64,000 nt of DNA from an uncultured Planctomycetales bacterium (lineage in GTDB: Bacteria; 4484-113; JAFGCY01): NCBI GenBank assembly GCA_964609245.1, contig CAZSSB010000011.1, positions 6,000 through 69,999 on the forward strand, written 5' to 3'. Below, in pieces: positions 55,133 to 63,738 of the stretch. The position numbers and the translations under genes are program-made. A model generated the notes under the pieces. That model was given only the letters and a program-made list of their open reading frames with translations, had not been told where the DNA came from and searched no databases. How positions within the stretch are numbered: the stretch's first letter is position 1; every line of letters begins with the position of its first letter.

Positions 55133-55175
55133 TCAAATTCATACTTGAAATCACTCAAGTCACTAGGAGCTCTCA

Positions 55176-55529
55176 ATGAAATTAAACTGGATCAAATGCG
55201 AAGGCGACCAGTGGTGTGCCCTTATGTCAGTCAACCTTGACGGCAGCCACTTCGACGACATGAAAGGAGTCTACGTCATCTGGCATGGCGGTAGCGACGC
55301 CCGCACCGTCCGCGTCGGACAGGGGGACATCAAAGACAGGCTGTCTGCCCACAGGAATGACACCTCAATCACGAGGCACGGCAAGAACGCCACCCTCTAC
55401 GCTACATGGGCGCCCGCTGAACTCCAGTATCGCGACGGCATTGAACGGTATCTCTTCGACAGCCTTAAACCACTGGAAGGGGAACTCGCACCCGCCGCCA
55501 AGCCTATCCAAGTGAATCTCCCCTCGTAG
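55176..55529 (+). CDS. GIY-YIG-like small protein (putative nuclease fold)
   Basis: AGGAG + 6 nt + ATG. The motifs are GVYVIW, then 10 aa, then VRVGQG, followed by DIKDRLSAH and a later Glu (GIERYLFDSLKP). This matches the GIY...YIG...R...E spacing. Confidence 0.55.
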   Translation: MKLNWIKCEGDQWCALMSVNLDGSHFDDMKGVYVIWHGGSDARTVRVGQGDIKDRLSAHRNDTSITRHGKNATLYATWAPAELQYRDGIERYLFDSLKPLEGELAPAAKPIQVNLPS

Positions 55530-55639
55530 ACATAGCGGACAACACGCTACTCCAACCAACCAGCCACAGCATGTAGACAAGCATCGCCTAATCTGTTATC
55601 ATCCTACTAATCCGGATCACCGGAGGTGGAAGGTCAGAT

Positions 55640-55670
55640 GCCTTCGCGGCCGCAAGGCCGTTTTCTTTTC
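55640..55670 (+). terminator. Intrinsic terminator between the convergent GIY-YIG-like and DUF3800-like genes
   Basis: Stem GCCTT(c)GC / GCAAGGC with loop GGCC, followed by TTTTCTTTTC. Confidence 0.55.
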
Positions 55671-56454
55671 AGGGGAGCCACTTCCTGCCCCACCCCTCGA
55701 TCTGCCCACCGGGGCTACGGTTGTACTTGCATGCCTCCAGGATAGCCGCTATCTGCCCACCGAAGTTGGCTGGTAAGCCCTGCCTGTTCTTGCGGGCAAG
55801 CGCACCCCTGAAGCTGGGATGCGCGATAAGGTCGGCCAGTTGCAGTCCCGCGATGTTGTTGGCCTTGGGTTTGACCTTCAACTGCGAACTGGTAAGGCGC
55901 TCTTCAAACTCACTTGGTGGGATGAACTCTGTGCCGCCAGCGTAGACCCGAGCAAACGAATCCTTCAGCCTCCGATCCTCGCGACCTTGACGAGACTCCG
56001 CCATCACGTCACCCACTTCCTCTCTGGCTCTTAGCCAGAGTACGAATCTCTCCACAAGAACGCGAAGGCAGTAGTGATACGGGTCATATCTCCACACGTG
56101 ATAACGGTTCTTGTGCTCCAACTTGTCCATGACAACGGTTATCACTACGTAGTCCCATGAACGCAGCAGTCCCAAGAGCTCCTCATTGAACTGCGATTCC
56201 ACTACAGCATCACGAAGCGCAGCAAATGGGTACTTCTTGTTCATCAACTCCTTGCGGTGCAGAATCAGCGGCTCATCCGGATGGTGCCGGAAAAACGCCG
56301 TCTTGAGACGCTCCATCTGAGGAACGACGACGTCGGCAACGTGATCGAGTTCCAAGATCACACCGGTCAGGCTCAAATACCTGTGGTTTGGGTCCGCCGA
56401 CGCACCAAGGTCACTATTGCCAACCTCATCCACGTATAGCCGGTGCTTCACCAA
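55669..56454 (-). CDS. DUF3800-like protein
   Basis: The N-terminal HRLYVDEVGN matches the YxDE(S/T)G opening I associate with DUF3800. Length is ~260 aa. The start is TTG at 56454 or GTG at 56451. Confidence 0.55.
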   Translation of the reverse strand: MVKHRLYVDEVGNSDLGASADPNHRYLSLTGVILELDHVADVVVPQMERLKTAFFRHHPDEPLILHRKELMNKKYPFAALRDAVVESQFNEELLGLLRSWDYVVITVVMDKLEHKNRYHVWRYDPYHYCLRVLVERFVLWLRAREEVGDVMAESRQGREDRRLKDSFARVYAGGTEFIPPSEFEERLTSSQLKVKPKANNIAGLQLADLIAHPSFRGALARKNRQGLPANFGGQIAAILEACKYNRSPGGQIEGWGRKWLP

Positions 56455-56552
56455 GCGAGTCTACCGCCCGCGTCGCCATCAGCGCAACTCAACGGCTGCC
56501 TACCGTCAACACACGCGCCAATCGCGGATTGCATTGGTATACAATCCCTGCG

Positions 56553-57680
56553 ATGCGCGCCATCGTGCTAACTTGCCTGCTGGCCGCCCTGCTGGCGGCG
56601 TTCAGCGCCTCGGCGCAGGACGAAACGCCCCAGGCAGCGCCCCACACCCCTGCGGAGTTGCTTGAGGACGGCTCCTGGACGATGGTGGTGCTGCCCGACA
56701 TCCAGAGCTACGTGGACCACTCGGCGCACTACCCCCTGCTGGAGCAGGTCATCCAGTGGATCATCGACAACCGCGAGGCCTGCGATATCCGGCTGGTGCT
56801 GCAGGTCGGCGACATCGTCTTCCAGAACGGCGTCCCGCTGGCCAGCATGAGCAGCGGCGATCAGAACAGCCACCAGCAGTGGACCAACGCCCAGCGCGCC
56901 ATGCACCGGCTGAACGGCATCGTTCCCTACATCATGGCGACAGGCAACCACGACTACGGTCTCGTCGACGCCGACGGCCGCTTCACCCAGTTCAACGACT
57001 TCTTCAAGCCTGCCGACAATCCCCTGATCGATCCCGCTGAGGGCGGCATCCTGGCCGAGTTGGGGCCCAACGCCTATGGCAACCTGACGCTGGAGAACGC
57101 CTGCTACGACTTCACCGCACCTGACGGCCGCCAGCTACTGATCCTGGCCCTCGAGTGGGGGCCGCGCCAGGCCGCCGTGGACTGGGCGCGCGAGGTGGCC
57201 GGCCGCGAGCAGTACGCGGGCCACACCAAGGTGCTGCTGACCCACGCCTACCTCTATCACGACGACACCCGCTACGACTGGGCCGGCAAGGGGACGGATC
57301 AGGGCGCGACTCCCCACGCTTACTCCGGCACTAGCGAGGACACCAATGATGGCGAGGAGCTGTGGACCGAACTCGTGAACATGATTCCGGGCTTCGAGCT
57401 GGTGCTCTGCGGACACGTCGGCGGCGACATGGTGGGCTATCTCGCCAGCGAAAGCGTCCACGGCGCCACGGTGCACCAGCTGATGTTCAACGCCCAGTTC
57501 CTGCCGCTGGGCGGCGAGGGCTGGATCAGGCTGCTGGAATTCAGGCCCGACGGCAGGACGGTGCAGGTCAGGACCTATTCGCCCTGGTTCGCGGACGACG
57601 ACGACCCGGCGACCTCGCCGTGGCGTACCGCGCCGGATGACGAGTTCCTGATTCAGCTCTCTCTTCTCGATCCCGACTGA
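56553..57680 (+). CDS. Secreted calcineurin-like metallophosphoesterase
   Basis: Signal peptide MRAIVLTCLLAALLAAFSASA and motifs VGDIVFQNG, ATGNHDY and LCGHVGGD. The ATG at 56553 is used, and the 5' ORF extension was rejected. Confidence 0.75.
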   Translation: MRAIVLTCLLAALLAAFSASAQDETPQAAPHTPAELLEDGSWTMVVLPDIQSYVDHSAHYPLLEQVIQWIIDNREACDIRLVLQVGDIVFQNGVPLASMSSGDQNSHQQWTNAQRAMHRLNGIVPYIMATGNHDYGLVDADGRFTQFNDFFKPADNPLIDPAEGGILAELGPNAYGNLTLENACYDFTAPDGRQLLILALEWGPRQAAVDWAREVAGREQYAGHTKVLLTHAYLYHDDTRYDWAGKGTDQGATPHAYSGTSEDTNDGEELWTELVNMIPGFELVLCGHVGGDMVGYLASESVHGATVHQLMFNAQFLPLGGEGWIRLLEFRPDGRTVQVRTYSPWFADDDDPATSPWRTAPDDEFLIQLSLLDPD

Positions 57681-57703
57681 ACCGGCCGGCGAGAGACCCG
57701 TCG

Positions 57704-58471
57704 TCAGTGCAACTCGTTGCCGTCGTCGTCGATCCGCCGCTGCACCTTGGCCCAGGACTCCGTGATCAGGAAGCTCTCCTCCATATTGGCCACCATCCGC
57801 TCGAAGCGCGGCATCGGCACCGCGAAGCTCAGCACCCGGGCCGGCACGCAGGGCCGCGCGGAGACGTCCATCATGCCCAGGACGGCCCGCGGATTCTCGC
57901 TCAGCAGTTCCAGATAGGGGTGGTGCACGATCGAGCCGCAACCCGCGGCAAACGGCACCCGTACGGCATCCACGTCCGCATCGTCGAAGCCCGACAGCGT
58001 GAACAGGCCGGACAGCACGTCGGGGGTGGCGAAGAACACCACCACCTCCGGGCGATCGTCGGCTGCGAGGTTGTCCCAACGCTTGAAGATGATGTACCGT
58101 GCCGGCGCCTCGAACTGCGGTGCCTCCTCCACCAGCTGGCGCACCAGTTCCGGCGACTTCTTGTAGCGCTCGCCCTCCAGTTTGCCGGGAATACCGCAGG
58201 ACAGGAAGTAATCGAAGTTGGGGGCAAGCTCCTGGGTAAAGCCCAGATAGCGCTTCGCCCCGCCACAGACGGCGCCCTCTACGCCAAAGCACAGGTCGCG
58301 CCCATCGCGGACACGGGCCAGATCGCAGATCATGCAGCGGTGCTGCTCCGACGGCGGCGCACGGTCGATACCCTCGTCAGTGTCCGAGTAGTAGTAGACG
58401 ATCGGCAGTTCGGCGTGAGGGAAGAACCGGTCCCAGAGCAGAATGAAACGGTGCTGAATAGTGCTGTCCAA
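57704..58471 (-). CDS. DUF169-like protein
   Basis: 255 aa. The Cys pattern HRCMICDLARVRDGRDLCFGVEGAVCGGAKRYLGF and the overall length match my memory of DUF169. Confidence 0.6.
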   Translation of the reverse strand: MDSTIQHRFILLWDRFFPHAELPIVYYYSDTDEGIDRAPPSEQHRCMICDLARVRDGRDLCFGVEGAVCGGAKRYLGFTQELAPNFDYFLSCGIPGKLEGERYKKSPELVRQLVEEAPQFEAPARYIIFKRWDNLAADDRPEVVVFFATPDVLSGLFTLSGFDDADVDAVRVPFAAGCGSIVHHPYLELLSENPRAVLGMMDVSARPCVPARVLSFAVPMPRFERMVANMEESFLITESWAKVQRRIDDDGNELH

Positions 58472-58636
58472 GTTGTACTCCCGGATATTGCTGGATGGGC
58501 TCAGATGATATCACTGCTACCTGTCACAGGACCATGGTATTCGCAGCACGTTCAAGCTGACCGGTCTGTCGTAGAATAGTGGCAAAGGCGTGAACGACAC
58601 CCGAACGCGTCAGCGTCCTGTGGCAAAGAACCAGAG

Positions 58637-61066
58637 GTGACTCAAGTGAAGGGCAGTTCAGCAACACAAACGCAGCCCACATTCGTAGGGCGTCAGGACG
58701 AACTGGCAGAACTGATACGGCTGCTCGATAAGGGACAGCGTCTGATTACGATCGTTGCGCCGGGTGGTTACGGCAAGAGCAGGCTTGCCGCCCGGCTGTT
58801 GGAGCTCATGGTCCACGAGCGGCAGCGCGAGTGCTACGAGGTCTATCTTGGCCGGCTGGGTGACCACCGTCGGATTCCCTGGGCTGCCGCGGCGGCCGTC
58901 GGGCTCCAGTTGCGGGACGATCGCGATCCCCTGCCGCAGCTCGTCGATTTTCTTCGCGGCAGAAGCGCCCTGATCCACTTCGACAACTTCGAACATCTGC
59001 TGGACGGCACACCGCTCATCAGCAACCTGCTCACGGAGCTGCAGGGGCTGCAGGTGATTGCCACTTCGCGTGAGCCCCTCAGGCTTCCGGCGGAGCATCT
59101 GCTGCAGCTGGGGTCTCTGCCCGTGGCCAACGGCAACGGAGCCGCCCTCACGCGCCAACAACCGGCCGCTGTCAGGCTGTTCGCCGACCGCGCAGCGCTG
59201 GCTGACCGAGAGTTTGCGCTGACAGACCAGAACGAGCAGCAGGTAGCGGCTGTCTGCCGCGAGCTGGCGGGGGTGCCGCTGGCGATCGAACTGGCTGCGG
59301 CCTGGACAGACTCATTCGTGCTGGAGGAGCTACAGCGTGAGATTCAGCACCAGCTGGACATCAAGGCGCGCGATGCGGATGTACCTGAGCGCCAACGCAG
59401 CCTGCGTGCATCGTGCGACTGGTCATACTCGCTGCTGACTACGCACCAGCAACTGGCGTTGCGCTGCCTGTCCGTGTTTCGGGGCGGGTTCACGCTCGAT
59501 GCGGCAGCCGCCGTTCTGCCGAGCATCGATCTGTCTGAGACTGTCGCGGCGCTGACTGAGAAAAGCTGGCTCAAAGCGGAGCCCCATCCCGCCGGCCAGC
59601 GCCACTACCTGCACAACGAGGCCATTCGGGAGTACGCCTATCAGCAACTCCTGAACTCCGGTGATTTCGATGTGGCCGCCGTTGCGCATTGCCGCTACTA
59701 CAGCCAGCTCATCGAACGGCTCAGCGGCGGGCTCGTGCGCTCGGAGCAGGCAGCTGCACTGCGCGAGTTGGACGCCGAGCGCGAGAATATCCATCTTGCG
59801 CTGGACACGGCCGTACAGCGTGGCGACATCGAGTTGCAGCTGCCCCTGGTGCGACAGCTGCAGGAGTATCTGCTGCTGATCGGAGCCGCAGGGCCCTGCG
59901 CGCAGCAATACGAGCGTGTCCGTGAGAGTACAGCGGATAACGGCACCGCCGAGATCAGGATGCTGTGCGATCTGGCACTGGGCCGTTCGCTGACCAGACT
60001 TGGCAGCTACGAAGGTGCCCGACAGCACTGCATCCAGGCAGCCCTGACCGCGGGCAGTCTTCAGCAGCCTCACAGCGTGGCGGTCGCCGAATTCACGCTC
60101 GGCGACCTCGAACGGCTGGCCGGTGATCATGCCGCCGCCCGCCTTCATCTGCACCGCGGGCTGGCAGCAATGCGTGAGCTGCAAGACGACCGCGGCACGG
60201 CGCAGGCGCTGTTCGGCCTTGCTCGCGTGGCGGAAGTGGAGAGCGACTTCGCTGCAGCGCGACCATTGGTTGACGAAGCGCTCAGCATCTACAGATCCCT
60301 GGGAGACGATCACGGCGCGGCGCTCTGTCTGAACAGCCTGGGTAACATGGCTTACCGTGAAGGCGACTACACCGCCGCCCGTAAGCATCACGGCGCCAGC
60401 CTGGAGTTGCGCCGTCTGCTCGGCGATCGCTGGGGCATCGCGCAGTCTCTCAACAACCTGGGCAACGTCGAGTTCGCCGAATGCGATTATTCCGCCGCCT
60501 GGGCCCTGTACAGCGAGAGCCTGGACATCCGACGTTACATCGGGGAGCGCTTCGGCATCGCCGCGAGCCTTAATAACCTCGGCAATGTCCAGTACTGCGA
60601 AGGCAATTACGATGAGGCCCAGCAGCTGCACGAAGAAGGCCTGACAATCAAGCGGGCAATCGGTGACTACATTGGCTGTTCCTACTCTTTTAACAACCTG
60701 GGGAACATCGCGGTCAAGCGCGGTGAACACACCCGCGCCGCAGACTGTCTGCGTGATGCACTGACGATCGCGCGCGAGGTCGGCAGCCGTGAATGCATGA
60801 TCGCTCCTCTGGCGATCAGCTGCAACCTGCTGGCCATCCAGAATGAGCACCGGATTGCGGCACAGCTGGCCGCCGGCGTCCGAGCGCAGCTGGCCAGATC
60901 AGGGCTGGCTCTCGATCCGATGGATGGTGGGATGCTGGAAGACGGAGCACACCTGGTCAGCAAACATCTCAAGCGCGAAGACGAGAACCAGGCCAAGGCG
61001 GCGGGCGAGTCCCTGAGCCTGGAAGACCTGGTTGATCTCGCCCTGCAGGAGCTTGCTGCAGATTAG
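58637..61066 (+). CDS. STAND-type NTPase (NB-ARC/AfsR-like) fused to TPR repeats
   Basis: FVGRQDELAEL followed by P-loop VAPGGYGKSRLA, Walker B-like LIHFDNFEHLL, SREPL and GVPLAIELAA (GxP). Then there are about 8 TPR-like repeats (…NSLGNMAYREGDY…, NNLGNVEFAECDY…, NNLGNVQYCEGNY…). No N-terminal effector or DNA-binding domain is visible. Confidence 0.75.
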   Translation: MTQVKGSSATQTQPTFVGRQDELAELIRLLDKGQRLITIVAPGGYGKSRLAARLLELMVHERQRECYEVYLGRLGDHRRIPWAAAAAVGLQLRDDRDPLPQLVDFLRGRSALIHFDNFEHLLDGTPLISNLLTELQGLQVIATSREPLRLPAEHLLQLGSLPVANGNGAALTRQQPAAVRLFADRAALADREFALTDQNEQQVAAVCRELAGVPLAIELAAAWTDSFVLEELQREIQHQLDIKARDADVPERQRSLRASCDWSYSLLTTHQQLALRCLSVFRGGFTLDAAAAVLPSIDLSETVAALTEKSWLKAEPHPAGQRHYLHNEAIREYAYQQLLNSGDFDVAAVAHCRYYSQLIERLSGGLVRSEQAAALRELDAERENIHLALDTAVQRGDIELQLPLVRQLQEYLLLIGAAGPCAQQYERVRESTADNGTAEIRMLCDLALGRSLTRLGSYEGARQHCIQAALTAGSLQQPHSVAVAEFTLGDLERLAGDHAAARLHLHRGLAAMRELQDDRGTAQALFGLARVAEVESDFAAARPLVDEALSIYRSLGDDHGAALCLNSLGNMAYREGDYTAARKHHGASLELRRLLGDRWGIAQSLNNLGNVEFAECDYSAAWALYSESLDIRRYIGERFGIAASLNNLGNVQYCEGNYDEAQQLHEEGLTIKRAIGDYIGCSYSFNNLGNIAVKRGEHTRAADCLRDALTIAREVGSRECMIAPLAISCNLLAIQNEHRIAAQLAAGVRAQLARSGLALDPMDGGMLEDGAHLVSKHLKREDENQAKAAGESLSLEDLVDLALQELAAD

Positions 61067-61150
61067 CGGCTTGCAGGCGTACACCGCCCCCGCGGTCATG
61101 CAGGCGAGAGCTGTACCGGTGAGGGGCTCATTCAGCGCGATGACACCGAG

Positions 61151-63481
61151 TCAGTTGCCCAGGAACCGGTTCAGCCACGTCTTGGCCCCCTCGTGGTGTT
61201 TGACCAGAATCACTGGTGCCTGGCTGTAGCGCGCGATCTGCTCCGGAATCTTGCCGAACATTGCGCGCTGGAACCAGCCGACCGCCGTCGCGCCGACAAT
61301 GATCGCATCGTAGCGGTTCTCCTTGGCCTCGCGGATCACGGTAGCGGGCACACTGCTGCCCGTCAGCAGCTTGCGATCCGCCTCAACATCGAAGGGGATT
61401 TCCGCCATGGTGTCGGCAACACCCTGGCGTGCCCGCGCTGTGGCTTCCTCACCGGCGTCTCCGCGCGCCACCCCCGCGAGCACCAGCACGCCGTCATCGG
61501 CCATCAGCGCCCCCGCGATGCTTGCCGCATAGCGCGCGCTTGGCCCACCGGCGGTGGGCAGCAGCAGGCGGCGGACGGGCACTTCCAGTCCCGGATCAAA
61601 CTTGACGACCAGCAGGTTGCAGGGAGTGTTGTCGATCACCTGATCGACCACGCTGCCGAAGACCGTCTCGCGCTTGCCCGAGAAGCCGCGCCAGCCGAGG
61701 ATCAGCATGTTGGCGCTCTCCTGCACCGCCATTCGCAGCAGCGCCCTCGCTGTCTTGTGGGCCACGCGCACCTCGGTCCGCACGCGCGTGTTACGCTGCT
61801 CGCCCTCGGCCCGGGCCAGCCTGAGCACCGACTCCCGCTGAGAAACGAACTTCAATCCTTCGCTGATCTCCAGCTGTACCGGCACCTCAACCACACTGAC
61901 TGCCACGACTTCACCTTCGGGACCGTAGGGCTTGACCAGTTCGCAGGCCAGACCGACCAGCGTCGCCACATTGTCCGGATTGTAGACCGGCACCAGCACG
62001 CGGTATCTGGCGGGTCTCACGTCCGGCGCCCGCGATGGATAGGGCACGATCTCTTTCGGGGCCTGCCTGACGGCCTCGCGGTGGAAGAACGCGAAATAGA
62101 CAGCCAGACCGATGACAATCCAGCCCAGGCTCACCGTCCAGCTGCGCAGCCCCTCGCTGCCCAGGTTGAGCTGGTACACCGCCAGGAACACGGAGGTCAC
62201 CACGCCCAGCAGCGGCGGCCAGGGATAGAGCGGGATGCTGTAGCGCCGCTTGATGCTGCGGTCGTTGCGCAGAATCAGCACGGAGAGGTTCACCAGCGTG
62301 AACGTCAGCAGGAACATCACCGACGCGGCACTGCCCACCACCGCGATGTCGAGCGTGACGGCCAGCCCCAGCAGGATCACGCCCGTGACGACGATGGCGA
62401 CGTGCGGCGTGCGCGCCCGCGAGTGGATGCTGGCCAGCACGCGCGGCAGCAGTCGGTCGCGCCCCATCGTGAAGGCCACGCGGCTGGACGCCAGGATTGT
62501 CGCGTTGAGCGCGCTGAGGGTGGAGAGCAGGCCGCCGAGTACGATCAACGCCACGCCGAAGGCGGGCATGAATGCCTTCGCGGCCTCGACGATCGCCGTC
62601 TCGCCCTTTTCTCCCAGCAACTGCCAGCTGCTGAGACCGCCCTCAGTCGGTACCGCGCCAATCGCAACGAAGAGGATCAGCAGGTAGAGCAGGACGGCGA
62701 TACCCAGCGCGATGAAGATCGCCCGCGGGATGTTGCGCTCGGGATCCTGCACCTCCTCCGAGACGGTGGCGATCAGGTCGTAGCCCTCGAACGCGATGAA
62801 CGTCAACCCCATCGCCACCACCACGCCGCCAACGCCGTTGGCGAAGAACGGCGTGAACGCGGCGGTGACCAGTTCGGGATTGGCGATCGCCTGCCAGAGA
62901 CCGAAGCCCACGAATACAACCAGCACCACGATCTTGGAGACGGTGAAGATGTTCTCGGCCTTGCCGGTCACCTCGGCGCCGCGATAGTTGAGCGTCAGCA
63001 GCGCCACGCCGATCAGCACTGTCACGATCGCGACGTGACTGCCCGGCCACAGCGTCAGTGCCTCCTGTGCGGTCCGCGACAGCTCCGGCGTGTACTTGTG
63101 GAAGAACTCCCAGAAGTAGCTGCCGAAGCCCAGCGCGTACAGCGCGCAGGCCACCGTATAGGCGAACCACAGCATCCAGCCGGAGAGGAAACCCACCCAG
63201 GACGGGAAGGCGCGCTTGATGTAGGAATAGCCGCCGCCCGCCTCGGGGATCGCGCTGGCCAGCTCGGCGTAGCTGAAGGCGGTGAACAGCGTCACGATCC
63301 CGTTGAGACCGAAGGCCAGGATCGCCGCCGGGCCAGCCACCCCCGCCGCCAGGCCGGTCAGCACAAAGATGCCGGCGCCGATCATCGCGCCGACGCCGAT
63401 CATGGTGGCGTCGAACAGCCCCAGGCTGCGCGCGAAGGTGACCTGGGTCTGTCCACCAGCTGGATTGCGCCCGCCTGCCAT
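61151..63481 (-). CDS. APC-family amino acid permease fused to two C-terminal universal stress protein (Usp) domains
   Basis: N-terminal LGLFDATMIGVGAMIGAGIFVLTG and about 12 TM helices. The C-terminal ~290 aa carry two Usp-like alpha/beta units (RVLVPVYNPDN...; RLLLPTAGGPS...AIIVGAT). Confidence 0.85.
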   Translation of the reverse strand: MAGGRNPAGGQTQVTFARSLGLFDATMIGVGAMIGAGIFVLTGLAAGVAGPAAILAFGLNGIVTLFTAFSYAELASAIPEAGGGYSYIKRAFPSWVGFLSGWMLWFAYTVACALYALGFGSYFWEFFHKYTPELSRTAQEALTLWPGSHVAIVTVLIGVALLTLNYRGAEVTGKAENIFTVSKIVVLVVFVGFGLWQAIANPELVTAAFTPFFANGVGGVVVAMGLTFIAFEGYDLIATVSEEVQDPERNIPRAIFIALGIAVLLYLLILFVAIGAVPTEGGLSSWQLLGEKGETAIVEAAKAFMPAFGVALIVLGGLLSTLSALNATILASSRVAFTMGRDRLLPRVLASIHSRARTPHVAIVVTGVILLGLAVTLDIAVVGSAASVMFLLTFTLVNLSVLILRNDRSIKRRYSIPLYPWPPLLGVVTSVFLAVYQLNLGSEGLRSWTVSLGWIVIGLAVYFAFFHREAVRQAPKEIVPYPSRAPDVRPARYRVLVPVYNPDNVATLVGLACELVKPYGPEGEVVAVSVVEVPVQLEISEGLKFVSQRESVLRLARAEGEQRNTRVRTEVRVAHKTARALLRMAVQESANMLILGWRGFSGKRETVFGSVVDQVIDNTPCNLLVVKFDPGLEVPVRRLLLPTAGGPSARYAASIAGALMADDGVLVLAGVARGDAGEEATARARQGVADTMAEIPFDVEADRKLLTGSSVPATVIREAKENRYDAIIVGATAVGWFQRAMFGKIPEQIARYSQAPVILVKHHEGAKTWLNRFLGN

Positions 63482-63572
63482 GCCTTCCCGGCGATCATTC
63501 TAACCTGCCGAACGCAGCGGGATGATCGGTGTCACCGCGGGATACAGCGGCGGTACACGCCGGAAGCCGGAT

Positions 63573-63648
63573 TGGTGGAGGTACGGGGATTCGAACCCCG
63601 GACCTTACGGATGCGAACCGTACGCTCTACCAACTGAGCTATACCCCC
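63573..63648 (-). tRNA. tRNA-Ala (anticodon CGC), CCA encoded
   Basis: The reverse complement is GGGGGTATAGCTCAGTTGGTAGAGCGTACGGTTCGCATCCGTAAGGTCCGGGGTTCGAATCCCCGTACCTCCACCA. The G3:U70 identity pair is present and the anticodon loop is TTCGCAT. Confidence 0.9.
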
Positions 63649-63738
63649 ACGCGCGGGCCAGACACTATAACACAAGCTATACCACTGATCAACGCGCTCA
63701 CACCTGTCTGCGGCAGGTCCCGGTCCACAGCTCACCGG

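Noticed and set aside
55530-55640. 110-nt 3' region after the GIY-YIG-like gene as a small RNA or mini-ORF (duplicated GTAGACA motif; GGAGG...ATG at 55638)
   Set aside because: There is only a 7-nt duplicated word. The ATG-initiated mini-ORF runs antisense into the DUF3800-like gene, and there is no independent promoter or conserved structure that I can see. It is most simply a 3' UTR ending at the terminator.
59423-63637. 475-aa ORF antisense to the TPR region and 814-aa ORF antisense to the APC-Usp permease
   Set aside because: The sense frames have P-loop/TPR and permease/Usp signatures. The antisense translations lack TM helices or motifs and have the typical GC-shadow composition.
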